A DNA stretch of 64,000 nt from an uncultured Actinomycetes bacterium (GCA_963772375.1 CAVYXG010000001.1:787809-851808), one strand, 5' to 3'. Counted from the first letter of the stretch, positions 37,778-49,007 are shown. Notes: generated by a model from the sequence alone, not told the origin. Numbers and translations: made by a program.

Positions 37778-38482
37778 GTGGCACGCAAGGAGCACGAACA
37801 CCCCCTGCTCGAGAACACCCCCAAGGACTTCGTGCTCGTGGCCTGTCTGGGCGGCCTCGCGATCGCGATTGCCGTCCTGGTGGCGAACCCATCGACGCTG
37901 CGGCAGGTTCAGCGCGCCGACGATGCGTTCCTCCGGTTCGTGCTCCGTCATCGGACAGGGTGGATGACGGTGATCGGGAGGGTGTTCAACGTCCTGGGAT
38001 CGTCGGTGGTCACGCTGCCGGTTCGGATCCTCGCGGCCGCGTACCTGGCCTTCCGGCGCCGATGGTGGCACTTCGCGGCGTTCGTCTCCGCGATCGCGCT
38101 GTCCGAGATCGTCTCCAACGTCATGAAGACCGCCTACGACCGGCAGCGCCCGCCCGGTTCGCTCGTGCACACCACGGCGTCGTCGTTCCCGTCGGGCCAC
38201 GCGGTCGCGACGTCGGTGACGGCCGTCGCGCTGGTGATCGCGTTCGTCCCGACCGGCCGCCAGCGGGCGATCTGGGGAACGGTCGCGGCGGTGTTCTCCT
38301 TCCTGATGGCGATCTCGCGGGCGTACCTGGCCGCGCACTGGCTGTCGGACGCCATCGAGGGAACGCTGATCGGCGTCACCTGCGCGCTGCTGCCGGCGAT
38401 CGCGATCGAGGCGATCCGCGAACGCCGGCAACGGAGGGCGGACCTCGCGGCGCCGTCGGTCGAGCCCTTGCCGTCCGGCTGA
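37778..38482 (+). CDS. PAP2 family phosphatase (phosphatidic acid / undecaprenyl-pyrophosphate phosphatase-like)
   Basis: All three PAP2 motifs are intact: [13 protein letters not shown] and [15 protein letters not shown] start. 6 TM helices. Confidence 0.7.
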   Translation: MARKEHEHPLLENTPKDFVLVACLGGLAIAIAVLVANPSTLRQVQRADDAFLRFVLRHRTGWMTVIGRVFNVLGSSVVTLPVRILAAAYLAFRRRWWHFAAFVSAIALSEIVSNVMKTAYDRQRPPGSLVHTTASSFPSGHAVATSVTAVALVIAFVPTGRQRAIWGTVAAVFSFLMAISRAYLAAHWLSDAIEGTLIGVTCALLPAIAIEAIRERRQRRADLAAPSVEPLPSG

Positions 38483-39417
38483 CCCGTCAGCGTTGGTCGA
38501 TGTTCATGGTCGACCAGCGTCGAGCCGAGCAGGACACCGTTGGCGAAATAGGTGTCGGTCGGGCCGGAGGGCAGCAGGTCGAAGGTGAACCCGCCGGAGT
38601 AGTGGACCCGCCGGGTGGACTCGACCGTCGAGCCTTCGAATGCCACCCCGGACCGGAGTTCGCCCACGGGAGTGCCGTCCGGTGTCGGGTGACCCGGCGA
38701 GACGAGCACGGTCCGGCCGTCGGCCAGCACCAGGCGGACCATCTCGTGGGTCGGGGGAACGGGGGTGCTGCCCACGCCTGTCACGGTGGCCCGGACGCGA
38801 CGGCCGTCGCGGTCGGTCGACCAGACCGTCATCCCAACGCGTACATCCTGCACCAGGACGAACCCGCCGGGCGTCGCGATCCGCGTGTTCCTCGCGAGGC
38901 AGACCGGACACGGAACGAACAGGTTCCGCTTGACGAAGTCGACCCGCACCGTCCCGCTCGGATCCACCGTCCCGGAGGCCCAGGTCACGGGTCCCGGTGA
39001 GGAGAGGGGACGAATCGTGAGATCGAAGCGGTACGCCACGCCGTCGCGTCCGGAGAAGCTCCACGTGATGGAGCCAGCGGCCGTCAGGATTCGTTCGCGG
39101 TCGTCGTCGCTCAGATCGGTTCCGACGAGATGCAGGTGGTGGAGGATCGCCGCAAGGTCCGCCGGACGCGATCGCGCGAGCTTCTCGATCTCGGTGACCA
39201 GCTCCTCATGGGTGGGGATCCGAACGACCGGCGGCCCGCACAGGTACCGCATGCCGCCGATCGCCTTCACCACGAGGAGCTTCAGCTCGGGGATCGGCAG
39301 CCTCCGGCCGGACGGGGACGGCGACGCGGAGGAACCCGGGGTCCCGGCACCCCCACCGCACGCGACCAGCATCGCGACAGACAGGAGTGCAATGACTGCG
39401 ACGCGGACGCGCGGCAT
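38134..39417 (-). CDS. lipoprotein with C-terminal Hint (bacterial intein-like, BIL) domain; 3' end uncertain
   Basis: Lipobox MLVACGG. Hint domain [33 protein letters not shown]...[26 protein letters not shown]...[17 protein letters not shown]. The frame stays open for ~350 nt of low-complexity sequence that overlaps the convergent PAP2 gene. The real end is probably near 38480. Confidence 0.45.
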   Translation of the reverse strand: MPRVRVAVIALLSVAMLVACGGGAGTPGSSASPSPSGRRLPIPELKLLVVKAIGGMRYLCGPPVVRIPTHEELVTEIEKLARSRPADLAAILHHLHLVGTDLSDDDRERILTAAGSITWSFSGRDGVAYRFDLTIRPLSSPGPVTWASGTVDPSGTVRVDFVKRNLFVPCPVCLARNTRIATPGGFVLVQDVRVGMTVWSTDRDGRRVRATVTGVGSTPVPPTHEMVRLVLADGRTVLVSPGHPTPDGTPVGELRSGVAFEGSTVESTRRVHYSGGFTFDLLPSGPTDTYFANGVLLGSTLVDHEHRPTLTGQPDGKGSTDGAARSALRCRRSRIASIAIAGSSAQVTPISVPSMASDSQCAARYAREIAIRKENTAATVPQIARWRPVGTNAITSATAVTDVATAWPDGNDDAVVCTSEPGGRCRS

Positions 39418-39469
39418 GAAGGTGGGACGGGTGCGCGAACGCGCGGGGTTCCCGGCCGCGCCGCGCGGG

Positions 39470-40000
39470 TCAGGTGTGGAGCTGATCGCGGGGGGGATCC
39501 TCGGTGAACCGGCCGGCGGCCATGGCGTACGACCACCCGTCCAGGTCGGGCGGCTCCATGCCCAGCCCGGTCGTGATGACCGTGAAGATCTGCGCGCGGT
39601 GCTCGTTCCCGTGGTTCAGCGACTGCGCGACCAGGATTCCGGCCTTGGCCTCCGTGTGCGCCCCGCTCACGGCGGACGTCCACGACACGACGCGCTCCGG
39701 GTCGAACTCCCCGGCGAGGAACGACTCCCACACGCGAGCTTCGTCCTCCGACATCCGGGTGAGCTCGGCGAGGTCGTCGGTGTCCTCGGGCTCGGACGGC
39801 CAGGACGGGGAACCATCCGTCAGCCGCCGGAGGTACCGGGCCTCCGCCCCGAGCAGGTGCTGCAGCGTCGAGATGATCGAGCCGTACGTCCCCTCGGCCG
39901 ACGCGGACAGCTGCTGCGGGTCGAGCCGCGCGCAGAACGACAGCAGCCCGTGCGTGGCCCAGGAGTTGTGGCGGAGCGGATCGCCGAGCGGGTTGGGCAC
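39470..40000 (-). CDS. DinB family (mycothiol-dependent enzyme-like) protein
   Basis: [14 protein letters not shown] has the DinB_2-like His pattern. The GTG start lies 5 nt after the clpX stop. Confidence 0.55.
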   Translation of the reverse strand: MPNPLGDPLRHNSWATHGLLSFCARLDPQQLSASAEGTYGSIISTLQHLLGAEARYLRRLTDGSPSWPSEPEDTDDLAELTRMSEDEARVWESFLAGEFDPERVVSWTSAVSGAHTEAKAGILVAQSLNHGNEHRAQIFTVITTGLGMEPPDLDGWSYAMAAGRFTEDPPRDQLHT

Positions 40001-40005
40001 CGCGC

Positions 40006-41271
40006 TCAGGCCGACCGTTCCTTGGGCGTTCGCTTCTGCTGCTGCTCGCGGGGGACGAGCGTGGGGTTGACGCCCTGCAGCACCACGTCGCCGTTGATCT
40101 CGCAGCGCGTGACGTCCTTGCGGGAGGGCAGCTCGTACATCACGTTGAGCAGCACCTCCTCCATGATCGCGCGCAGGCCGCGGGCGCCGGTGCCGCGGAG
40201 CAGGCACTGGTCGGCGATCGCCACCAGCGCGTCATCGGCGAACTCGAGCTCGACGCCGTCGAACTCGAAGAACTTCCGGTACTGCCGCACCAGCGCGTTC
40301 TTGGGCTTGGTGAGGATGTCGACGAGCGCCTGCTTGTCGAGGTTGTGCACATGGGTCAGCACGGGGAGCCGGCCGACGAACTCGGGGATGAGCCCGTACT
40401 TCAGCAGGTCCTCCGGGAGCACGTGGGACAGGATCTCGCCGACGTCCTTCTCCCCCGCCGGCCGGATCTCGGCGCCGAACCCGACGCCCTTCTTCCCGAT
40501 CCGCGACTCGATGACCTTCTCGAGCCCCGCGAACGCCCCGCCGCAGATGAACAGGATGTTCGTGGTGTCGATCTGGATGAACTCCTGGTGCGGGTGCTTC
40601 CGTCCCCCCTGCGGCGGTACGGAGGCCGTCGTTCCCTCGAGGATCTTCAGCAGTGCCTGCTGCACGCCCTCGCCGGACACGTCGCGGGTGATAGAGGGGT
40701 TCTCGGACTTGCGGGCGATCTTGTCGATCTCGTCGATGTAGATGATCCCGGTCTCGGCCTTCTTGACGTCGAAGTCGGCGGCCTGGATCAGCTTCAGCAG
40801 GATGTTCTCGACGTCCTCACCGACGTAGCCCGCCTCCGTGAGCGCCGTGGCGTCGGCGATGGCGAACGGCACGTTCAGCATCTTGGCGAGCGTCTGGGCG
40901 AGGAGCGTCTTGCCGCAGCCGGTCGGGCCGAGGATGAGGATGTTGGACTTCTGGAGCTCGACCTCGTCGTTCTTCTGGCCGACCTGGATGCGCTTGTAGT
41001 GGTTGTAGACCGCGACGGCCATGACCTTCTTGGCCTGTTCCTGGCCGATCACGTAGTCGTCGAGGAACGAGTAGATCTCCCGGGGCTTCGGCAGCTCCTC
41101 GAGCTTGAGCTCGGAGGTCTCGGAGAGCTCCTCCTCGATGATCTCGTTGCAGAGGTCGATGCACTCGTCGCAGATGTACACGCCTGGTCCGGCGATGAGC
41201 TTCTTCACCTGCTTCTGCGACTTGCCGCAGAAGGAGCACTTCAGCAGATCCGAGTCCCCGAACTTCGGCAT
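40006..41271 (-). CDS. clpX: ATP-dependent Clp protease ATP-binding subunit ClpX
   Basis: Zinc-finger CSFCGKSQ...CDEC, Walker A GPTGCGKT, and IYIDEIDKI. Confidence 0.95.
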   Translation of the reverse strand: MPKFGDSDLLKCSFCGKSQKQVKKLIAGPGVYICDECIDLCNEIIEEELSETSELKLEELPKPREIYSFLDDYVIGQEQAKKVMAVAVYNHYKRIQVGQKNDEVELQKSNILILGPTGCGKTLLAQTLAKMLNVPFAIADATALTEAGYVGEDVENILLKLIQAADFDVKKAETGIIYIDEIDKIARKSENPSITRDVSGEGVQQALLKILEGTTASVPPQGGRKHPHQEFIQIDTTNILFICGGAFAGLEKVIESRIGKKGVGFGAEIRPAGEKDVGEILSHVLPEDLLKYGLIPEFVGRLPVLTHVHNLDKQALVDILTKPKNALVRQYRKFFEFDGVELEFADDALVAIADQCLLRGTGARGLRAIMEEVLLNVMYELPSRKDVTRCEINGDVVLQGVNPTLVPREQQQKRTPKERSA

Positions 41272-41350
41272 CTCCCGCCCCGTTCCTCCCGGCTAGATTC
41301 GCACCACCGCGGTCCCCGGGCCTCGGGACCGCGTGAGTCCGCTTGGAATC

Positions 41351-41980
41351 CTACGAGCCTCCGGCGGCCGCCGCAGCGAGTTCCGGCTTGACTTTTCGGC
41401 TCGAGAAGACCTCGTCGATGACGCCGTATTCCTTGGCCTGCTCGGCGGTCATGATGAAGTCGCGATCGGTGTCGTGGCTGATCTTCTCGATCGTCTGGCC
41501 GGTGTGCTCCGCCAGGATCTCGTCGAGGAGCTTGCGGTACCGCAGGATCTCCTTCGCCTGGATCTCGATGTCGACCGCCTGGCCGGAGGCGCCTCCGTGG
41601 GGCTGGTGGATGAGCACCCGGGAGTGCGGGAGCGCGAAGCGCTTGCCCCTGGTCCCGGCGGCCAGCAGCACGGCCGCCGCCGAGGCGGCCTGGCCCATGA
41701 CGATGGTCGACACGTCGCAGCGGACGTACTTCATCGTGTCGTACACCGCGAACAGCGACGTGATGTCCCCGCCCGGCGAGTTGATGTACAGGTTGATGTC
41801 CTTGTCCGGGTCCTCGGATTCGAGGAACAGGAGCTGGGCCATGATCAGGTTGCCGACCTGGTCGTCGATCGGCGTCCCGAGGAACACGATCCGCTCCTTG
41901 AGGAGCCGGCTGTAGATGTCGAACGACCGCTCGCCGCGGTTGGTCTGCTCGACGACGACGGGAACCAGATAGTCCTTCAT
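41351..41980 (-). CDS. clpP: ATP-dependent Clp protease proteolytic subunit
   Basis: Active-site environment [12 protein letters not shown], plus IHQP and GQAVDIEI. Confidence 0.95.
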   Translation of the reverse strand: MKDYLVPVVVEQTNRGERSFDIYSRLLKERIVFLGTPIDDQVGNLIMAQLLFLESEDPDKDINLYINSPGGDITSLFAVYDTMKYVRCDVSTIVMGQAASAAAVLLAAGTRGKRFALPHSRVLIHQPHGGASGQAVDIEIQAKEILRYRKLLDEILAEHTGQTIEKISHDTDRDFIMTAEQAKEYGVIDEVFSSRKVKPELAAAAAGGS

Positions 41981-43347
41981 TCCTTCGCTCCGTGGTCGCT
42001 GGGAGTGGGATCGGTGGGTTCCTCGGTGCCTTCCGGTTCTTCTTCGGCGGGCGCCTCCGAGGTGGTCCCCTCGGCCGTCTCGACCAGGAGGTCGAGTGCC
42101 TTCGTTCGGATGATATCACCGGCCAGGGACGTGACCTGTCCGGAACGTTCGATGGACGTGGCGACCTCCTTGGGTTCGCGGCCGAGCGCCTGCGCGAGCT
42201 CGGCGACCGCCCCGGCGATCTCCTCCGGCGTGACGGTGATGTCCTCCTGGCGAGCCACCGACTCGAGGATCAGGTCCTGCTTGATCGCACGGATCGCGTG
42301 GGCGCGGGCGTCGGACCGAAACCGCAGCTCGTCCCAGTCCTGCGATGCGAGGACCTGGTCGAGCGTGAGCCCGGCCCGCTGGGCCCGCCGGGTGGCCTCC
42401 TCCACCCGGCGCTCGGTCTCGTGGTCGACCAGCCGGTCGGGCAGGTCCACGTCGACGTGGTCCACCAGCGCCTGGAGGATCCGGTCCCGGTACACCCCCC
42501 GGGCCTCCGCCGCCTTGGCGTCCGCGAGCTTCTCCCGGAGGTCGGCCCGGAGCTCGTCCATCGTGTCGAACTCGGACGCCGACTTCGCGAACTCGTCGTC
42601 GGCGGCCGGGAGGCGCTTCGCCTTGACCTCCTTCACGAGAACCTGGAACGTGACCTCCTGGCCGGCCCGTTCGCCGAACCGCTCCGGGAGCGCCGCGTTG
42701 AACTTCAGGATCTGTCCGGCGGCGGCGTTCACCAGCTCCTCGTCGAGCTCGGGCACGATCGAGCTCGAACCCACCTCGTACAGGTGGTCGATCAGCGTGA
42801 GGTCGGGCAGCTCCTCGCCATGGACGCTCGCCCGGATGTCGGCCAGCACGTAGTCCCCACGATGCGCGGGATGTCCGACCGTCTCGACCTCCGAGAACCG
42901 GTCGCGCAGCCGGTCGACGAACTGGTCGACGTCCTCGTCGGTCACCGCGGGGTCGGGCGGCTCGACACCGAGGACCACCTCGCGCCAGTCGTCGAGCTGC
43001 AGCCGTGGCCGGACCTCGACCGTCGCGCTGAATACCAGCGGACGGCCCTCGTCCGTGTTCTCGAGCGAGATATCGGGGTCGGCGATCGGCGCCAGCTCGT
43101 GCTCACGGACGGCCTTCGAGTAGTACTGCGGGATCGAGTCCTCGATGAACTCCTGCATCACCGCGTCGCGTCCGATCTGGGCGTCGATGATCCGGCGCGG
43201 CACATGCCCCTTGCGGAAGCCGGGGATCTTGACCTGCTGCGAGATGCGGCGGTACGCGCGGTCGAGGTCGCGGGCGAATTCCTCTGGCGGCACCTCCACC
43301 GTCAGCACGACGGTGTGGCGGCCGGATTCCTCGACGGTCGATTCCAT
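41977..43347 (-). CDS. tig: trigger factor
   Basis: 456 aa with a ribosome-binding N-terminal domain (GFRKGHVP) and a PPIase/C-terminal arm. 4-nt overlap with clpP. Confidence 0.9.
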   Translation of the reverse strand: MESTVEESGRHTVVLTVEVPPEEFARDLDRAYRRISQQVKIPGFRKGHVPRRIIDAQIGRDAVMQEFIEDSIPQYYSKAVREHELAPIADPDISLENTDEGRPLVFSATVEVRPRLQLDDWREVVLGVEPPDPAVTDEDVDQFVDRLRDRFSEVETVGHPAHRGDYVLADIRASVHGEELPDLTLIDHLYEVGSSSIVPELDEELVNAAAGQILKFNAALPERFGERAGQEVTFQVLVKEVKAKRLPAADDEFAKSASEFDTMDELRADLREKLADAKAAEARGVYRDRILQALVDHVDVDLPDRLVDHETERRVEEATRRAQRAGLTLDQVLASQDWDELRFRSDARAHAIRAIKQDLILESVARQEDITVTPEEIAGAVAELAQALGREPKEVATSIERSGQVTSLAGDIIRTKALDLLVETAEGTTSEAPAEEEPEGTEEPTDPTPSDHGAKE

Positions 43348-43410
43348 GTCGCAACCGAGGGTAATCGAAATCCGCGCTTGCTCCGGCTTCGGTTGCTACC
43401 CTCGGCCTCC

Positions 43411-44172
43411 ATGTACGAACGGGAGCTCACGTTCGCGCACTCGCTGGCCGACCGGGCCGCGGAGATCGCCATGGGCTTCTACCAGGGCGAGTTCGAGGTG
43501 CACATCAAACCGGACTCCACGCCGGTGACCGAGGCCGACCTCGCCGTCGAGTCAATGATCCGGTCCCGGCTGGCGGAGGAATTCCCCTCGGATGCCGTGC
43601 TCGGCGAGGAGCACGGCCTCGTCGGCACCGGATCGCGGGTCTGGGTGGTCGATCCGATCGACGGCACGAAGAACTTCGCGGCAGGCATCCAGATCTGGGC
43701 CACACTGGTGGCGCTCCTCGTCGACGGCGAGCCCGTGCTCGGCCTCGTGGGTGCGCCGGCACTCGGCGAGCGCTACGGCGCCGCCTCCGGGGGCGGTGCG
43801 ACCCTCAACGGCGAGCGCATCCACGTGTCCGACCGGGCCTCCCTGTCCGAGTGTCTCGTGTCGCACGCGTCCCTCGACGAGTGGCGGACCGGGCCGAACG
43901 CCGCGGGGTTCGCCGCGCTGACGGCCGGCGCGGCGAGGACGCGGGGGTTCGGTGACTTCTGGGGGCACGCGCTGGTGGCCCGCGGCGCGGCCGACGTGAT
44001 GGTGGAGGCCGAGCTCCGGACGTGGGACTGGGCCGCCCTGGCTCCCCTCGTGCGCGAGGCCGGCGGAGCGGTGACGCAGCTCGACGGCACCCGCCCCGCC
44101 GATCGCGGGAGCGTCCTCACGACCAACGGCGCCGTCCACGACGAGGTCGTGCGCCTGTTCGGCGGCCGATAG
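43411..44172 (+). CDS. inositol monophosphatase family protein (possibly histidinol-phosphatase HisN)
   Basis: IMPase motifs EEHGLVG, WVVDPIDGTKNF and WDWAA. Confidence 0.8.
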   Translation: MYERELTFAHSLADRAAEIAMGFYQGEFEVHIKPDSTPVTEADLAVESMIRSRLAEEFPSDAVLGEEHGLVGTGSRVWVVDPIDGTKNFAAGIQIWATLVALLVDGEPVLGLVGAPALGERYGAASGGGATLNGERIHVSDRASLSECLVSHASLDEWRTGPNAAGFAALTAGAARTRGFGDFWGHALVARGAADVMVEAELRTWDWAALAPLVREAGGAVTQLDGTRPADRGSVLTTNGAVHDEVVRLFGGR

Positions 44173-44238
44173 CCCGCCCCACGGCGCGAAGGGCCGGGCG
44201 GCGGCCGCCCGGCCCTTCGATGAGCTCCTGATCCCCGG

Positions 44239-47200
44239 CTACGTCGTCGTTGTGACGATCGTCGGGGTCCGGGATGGCGCGTTGTCGGGGAACAGCACCA
44301 GGATGGAGGGGTCGTCGCCGGCCCCCGCCGACCCGGTCGCCACCTGCGCCGGGCTCCCGGCGTCGCACGCGTCGGTGCCCCAGAATCCGCCGCACACCAG
44401 GGTTCCGATGTCCAGCGCCGGGCTCGTGGCGTCCAGGGTCATGTCCCAGGTCCCCGTGGCGTCGTCGATCGACCCCACGCTGTCGCAGAAGGTCCCCGGC
44501 ACGTCGCCGGAGAACCGCCCGGTGCACGCCGTCACCTGGTACGCGAGCTCCGGAGCCGAGTCGTCCAGCCCGATCGCCGACGCGTCCACGGCGAGGCCGA
44601 CCAGGTTCGAGTTGTAGTTCGAGTAGTCGGCGAAGTAGTCGGCCGCGCACTCGTCGAACGGGCTCGGCAGCGACAGGTCGTACACGCAGACGACGCCACC
44701 CACGCCGGGCTGCTTCACGACCAGGTAGTCGGCCTGCATGTCCGGGTCGGCGAACACGCCGTCGGCGCCCGCGTCGACCTTCACGTCCACCTCGAGCGTC
44801 TCCGTCGTGTTGTGCACCGCCGCTGCCTGGACCCCGAACTCGACCGGCTCGGTGGGCGTGTCGTCGTTGGTCAGGAAGTCCTGCCACGAGATGCCGACGG
44901 CCGGGTCGGTTCCCGTCGGGACGCCCACCGCGTTGCCGTCGATCGTGTCGCCCGTGAACGACCGGGCGCCGACCGCGACGACATCCTCCTCACCGGTGCT
45001 CGCGACGGGGTCCGTGCCGCCGAGCAGGTACAGGTCGGCATAGTCCGTGCCGGCCGAGGGGGTCGACGTGACCGTCAGTCCCTGGGGACCGCCCGTCAGG
45101 TCGAGCGCCGAGGGCGAGACGCCCGTCTGCGACGCGGCGAGCGGCGACGTCTCCCAGGCCACCCCCAGGACGTCCTGATGCGGGCCGTCCTGGTGGATGA
45201 CCACGGTGCCGTCGACCGTCGGGTTGAAGTAGTACAGCCCGAACTCCTCCTCGGCCTGGTCGATCGCGGACGGGTCCAGCGAGAGCCGGGCCCACACCTT
45301 CCGGCTCTTCCCCGAGGCGAGGTGGAACGACCTGGTCGGCCCGAACGACGTCCCGTTCAGGGACACGTCGACGGATGCCAGGCCCGGATCCCCGAAGTCC
45401 GAGTACCGGACCACATCAGACACGTCGTAGTCGTGCCCGGCCGAGTCGTAGTTCTTCACCGTGAATGCCCGCACGACCTGCTCCGGTCCGGATGCGATCC
45501 GGAGACCGAACGACAGGCTCCCCGGCCACGCCAGCGAACGGGCGGTGGCCGACTGGAACACCCGCACCCGGCCGGCGCCCATGTCGATGGCCGGGACCGG
45601 CGCCGTGAGGTCGTTGTTCTTCATCTTCCGGGTGGCCTGGTTCATCAGGAGGGCCTTGATCCGGGCGGGACCCCACGTCGGATGGAGCTGGCGCAGGAGC
45701 ACCGCCGAGCCCGAGATGTGCGGAGCCGCCATCGACGTCCCCGACAGCAGCGCCGCGCCGTCGCCGGTCCCCACGCCGGCCGACGAGATGTCGAAGCCGG
45801 GCGCGGAGATGTCCGGCTTGAGGTCGTTGGTCAGCCGGGCCGGGCCCTCCGACGAGAAGTCGGTCATCGCGTCGGCGAACCCCGGGATCGGCGAGGGATC
45901 GGCGTGGAGCGTCGCGGTCACGGCCGCGGTGTTGAAGTTCCCGTTCGCCGCGTCCGGGCTCACGATGGCGCCGAGCGCCTCCGAGTCGTTCGTGCTGATC
46001 ATCACCGCGGGGATCGTGATCTGGTCGACGAAGTCCCCCGGGCCGAGCGCCGAGGGGAAGCCCCCGAAGCCGTTCCACAGGATGACGCCGCTCGCGCCCA
46101 TCTCCTGCGCGGTGAACACCTTCTCGCTGCCCGTGCAGTCGCCGGCCCCGGTCGACCCCTTGAACACCAGCGCGATGTGCCCCCCGAAGTCGCCGGGCGG
46201 CGGACTGGCGCCGTCGCACAGCTCGGCGTCGCTGGCGGCGGGGTTCGCGGGATCGGCGGGCGGGTCGAACTCCCGGGCGTCGATCACCGTGTCGGTCAGA
46301 TCGGCCGACAGCGGGGCCGCCCAGTCTTGGATGACGGCGATGCCGTTGTCCGGCAGCGTGGTCGGCGGGCTGTCGACCGAGATGGTGTTGGCCACGAACT
46401 CGTCGATCGACGCGGCGACCGAGATGACGCCGCGGGCGTTGGCGGGGGTCCCCATGATGTACGAGGAGGCGCCGCTCGGCTGGTTCCCCGAGTTCCCGGC
46501 CGAGGCCACGAACACCGTGCCGAGGTCGACGACCCGTTGCGCGGCAACGGCCTCGACCGAGTTCAGGGTCCCGTAGTCGACGCCGCCGGAGAACGACAGC
46601 ACGTCGGCGTGGTCGCTGGTGTCGCCGTCCTGGTTCGGGTCGACGGCGCGCTCGTAGCCTGCCACCAGCACGTCGTCGGTCGAGTTCCCGACGTCCCACA
46701 CCTTGTAGGCCAGAATCTTGACCTTGGGGGCGACGCCGGCCCCGACCTTGCCGGGCACGCCGATGCCGCAGCACGTCCCGCCGGTGTGGCTGCCGTGACC
46801 GTCCCGGTCGAGCGGGTCGAAGTCCGGCCGCGGGATGTCGTTGGTCGTGTCCGTGTCCAGCACGTCGTAGTTCGAGCCGACGAAGTCGAACCCGCCGATG
46901 ACCTTCTTGGTGGGGAACGTGCCCGGCTCGACGACGTTCGGGTCGTTGTTCGCGTAGTCGGCCGGGTCGCCCGACCCGCCGAAGTCCTTGTGCGTGTAGT
47001 CGATGCCGGTGTCGACGAGGGCGAGGGTCATCCCCTGGCCCTGGGCGCCGAACTTCTGCCACACCTTCGGCGCGCCGATGAACGGCACGCTGCTCTCGTT
47101 GTCGAGCTTCACGATCGAGACCGGCTGGACCGACGCCACGTCGGACCGCCGGGCCAGCGCCTCGGCTGCCGCCGGGGAGAGCCGGGCCGAGAACGCGTTC

Positions 47201-47556
47201 ACCAGCGTGCCGTACCGGAAGACGACGAGGCCGCCCATCGCGTTCGCCTGGCGCAGCGCGCCCGCCTGGGAGGCGAGGGCCGCGGCCTTGGCCTGGCGCT
47301 CCGAGGCGCCGGAGAGCGAGGAGCCGGACGCCCTGGCCGATCGGACGGCGTCGGCGACCGCCGGCGCCCGCATCACGACGAAGTACCGGGAGAGCCTGGC
47401 TGCCGCCCCCACCGCGGGTACGAAGCCCCGTTGCGGCGCGACGTGTTCCCGTGCGTCGATCCGATGGCCCGAGCCGACCCCGGCGCCGGAGAGCCCCGGC
47501 ATCGCGGCGATCAGCGTGAGCGAGAGCGCGAGCGCCCACGTCCAGCGCGACTTCAT
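44239..47556 (-). CDS. secreted subtilisin-like serine protease (peptidase S8) with PA and C-terminal beta domains
   Basis: Signal peptide. Catalytic triad contexts VDTGIDYTH (Asp), HGSHTGGT (His) and GTSMAAPHISG (Ser). 1105 aa. Confidence 0.85.
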   Translation of the reverse strand: MKSRWTWALALSLTLIAAMPGLSGAGVGSGHRIDAREHVAPQRGFVPAVGAAARLSRYFVVMRAPAVADAVRSARASGSSLSGASERQAKAAALASQAGALRQANAMGGLVVFRYGTLVNAFSARLSPAAAEALARRSDVASVQPVSIVKLDNESSVPFIGAPKVWQKFGAQGQGMTLALVDTGIDYTHKDFGGSGDPADYANNDPNVVEPGTFPTKKVIGGFDFVGSNYDVLDTDTTNDIPRPDFDPLDRDGHGSHTGGTCCGIGVPGKVGAGVAPKVKILAYKVWDVGNSTDDVLVAGYERAVDPNQDGDTSDHADVLSFSGGVDYGTLNSVEAVAAQRVVDLGTVFVASAGNSGNQPSGASSYIMGTPANARGVISVAASIDEFVANTISVDSPPTTLPDNGIAVIQDWAAPLSADLTDTVIDAREFDPPADPANPAASDAELCDGASPPPGDFGGHIALVFKGSTGAGDCTGSEKVFTAQEMGASGVILWNGFGGFPSALGPGDFVDQITIPAVMISTNDSEALGAIVSPDAANGNFNTAAVTATLHADPSPIPGFADAMTDFSSEGPARLTNDLKPDISAPGFDISSAGVGTGDGAALLSGTSMAAPHISGSAVLLRQLHPTWGPARIKALLMNQATRKMKNNDLTAPVPAIDMGAGRVRVFQSATARSLAWPGSLSFGLRIASGPEQVVRAFTVKNYDSAGHDYDVSDVVRYSDFGDPGLASVDVSLNGTSFGPTRSFHLASGKSRKVWARLSLDPSAIDQAEEEFGLYYFNPTVDGTVVIHQDGPHQDVLGVAWETSPLAASQTGVSPSALDLTGGPQGLTVTSTPSAGTDYADLYLLGGTDPVASTGEEDVVAVGARSFTGDTIDGNAVGVPTGTDPAVGISWQDFLTNDDTPTEPVEFGVQAAAVHNTTETLEVDVKVDAGADGVFADPDMQADYLVVKQPGVGGVVCVYDLSLPSPFDECAADYFADYSNYNSNLVGLAVDASAIGLDDSAPELAYQVTACTGRFSGDVPGTFCDSVGSIDDATGTWDMTLDATSPALDIGTLVCGGFWGTDACDAGSPAQVATGSAGAGDDPSILVLFPDNAPSRTPTIVTTTT

Positions 47557-47774
47557 GGCGATCCCCTCCCCGGGGCAGCGGACAGCAGCGGAATCTCGGA
47601 CTGCCCCTTCGATTCGGTGTGCGGCTGCTGGCTCGGATGCTTGTCCGGGTCGCTCTTCCTGTCAAACGCGCTCCGACACGTCGTCTGCCATGCGCAGCTG
47701 GCCGATCGGACCCGCCAACGCCGGGGGCCACCCGGGTCGAACCCGGATGGCCCCGCAGTACGTTTTGGTCGCGG

Positions 47775-48365
47775 CTACGCGGCCTCGGACCTGGCCTCCT
47801 CCACGAACTTCGCCTGGACGTCGATCTCGATCTGGACCTTCTTGCTGACGAGCACGCCGCCCCGCTCGAGGGCGACGTTCCACGTCATGCCCCAGTCCTC
47901 GCGGTCGATCTCGGTGGTTCCGGTGAACGCCACACGCATGCCGCCCCACGGATCGCCGGTCAGCCCGTCGAACTCCGCGTCGAGCGTTACCGGCCGGGTC
48001 ACGTCTCGGACGGTGAGCTCGCCCTCGAGCCGCAGCCCGGTCTCGCCGCTGCGTTCCACCTTCGTCGACCGGAACGTCATCACCGGGAACCGCTCGACGT
48101 CGAGGAAGTCGGGCGAGCGCAGGTGCTGGTCGCGATCCGGCGAGCCCGTGGTGATGCTCGCCGTGTCGACGCGCACCTCGACGGTCGAGTCCTCCGGACC
48201 CTCGCCGACCACGATCCTGCCGTCGAACACGTCGAAGCTGCCCCGCACCTTGGTCACCATCAGGTGCCGGGCGACGAACCCCAGCCGCGAGTGCGCGGGG
48301 TCCACCTCCCAGGTCCCCAGGGCCGGGATCTCGATCCCGTCGACGATCCTGGTCGCATCCGCCAT
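47775..48365 (-). CDS. YceI family protein
   Basis: 196 aa; the YceI-like polyisoprenoid-binding fold segment VDPAHSRLGFVARHLMVTKVRGSF. ATG fixed by residue count. Confidence 0.8.
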   Translation of the reverse strand: MADATRIVDGIEIPALGTWEVDPAHSRLGFVARHLMVTKVRGSFDVFDGRIVVGEGPEDSTVEVRVDTASITTGSPDRDQHLRSPDFLDVERFPVMTFRSTKVERSGETGLRLEGELTVRDVTRPVTLDAEFDGLTGDPWGGMRVAFTGTTEIDREDWGMTWNVALERGGVLVSKKVQIEIDVQAKFVEEARSEAA

Positions 48366-48403
48366 GGTCCTGCCTCCTTCCGATTCCGACCTCGCCAGAT
48401 TCG

Positions 48404-48451
48404 TTGTCTTGACAATGATTGCTGACGCAACGTTATCAGCAACTCGTTGCG
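48404..48451 (+). promoter_or_regulatory. divergent yceI/marR promoter-operator: consensus -35 TTGACA (48409-48414) inside near-palindrome TTGTCTTGACAA, plus inverted repeat TTGCTGA-N10-TCAGCAA (48419-48442)
   Basis: Read directly from the sequence. This is the classic arrangement for MarR autoregulation of a divergent gene pair. Confidence 0.45.
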
Positions 48452-48483
48452 CCGTCAACTGTTCTTGATAGACTTCCCCCCAG

Positions 48484-48984
48484 ATGGAGGAGCGAAACCG
48501 GTACCCGGGACTCGCGGCGTGGATCGCGCTGGTCGAGGCGCACGCCGCGGCCGTCGAGAGCGTCGAGGCCGACCTCGTGCGCGAGACGAACCTGCCCCTC
48601 TCCTGGCACGAGGTGCTCGTGCGCCTGTCCCGAACCGAGGAGGGTTCGATGCGGATGCAGGAGCTGGCAAGGGCCGTGCTCCTGTCGAAGAGCGGGCTCA
48701 CCCGGCTGGCCGACCGCATGCAGGTGGCGGGGCTCATCGAGCGCACGGCGTGCGACTCGGACCGCCGCGGGACCTGGGCGGTGATCACGCCGGCCGGCCG
48801 GGAGGCCCTCGACCGGGCGACGCCGTCGTTCCTCGCCGCCGTCGACCGCCACTTCTCCGGGCACCTTGACGCCGACGAGATCGAGTCGGTCGCGTCCTCG
48901 CTGCGGAAGGTCACCCACGCCCACGACGCCGGGCAGTGCACGACGCAGGACCTGACCGGCGCGGCCGAGCCCCAGCGGGTCTGA
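48484..48984 (+). CDS. MarR family transcriptional regulator
   Basis: 166 aa. The winged HTH ELARAVLLSKSGLTRLADRMQVAGLIER...DRRGTWAVITPAGREAL is the MarR recognition helix and wing. Confidence 0.85.
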   Translation: MEERNRYPGLAAWIALVEAHAAAVESVEADLVRETNLPLSWHEVLVRLSRTEEGSMRMQELARAVLLSKSGLTRLADRMQVAGLIERTACDSDRRGTWAVITPAGREALDRATPSFLAAVDRHFSGHLDADEIESVASSLRKVTHAHDAGQCTTQDLTGAAEPQRV

Positions 48985-49007
48985 ACCCGGTCACCGCCGG
49001 GGATCGG

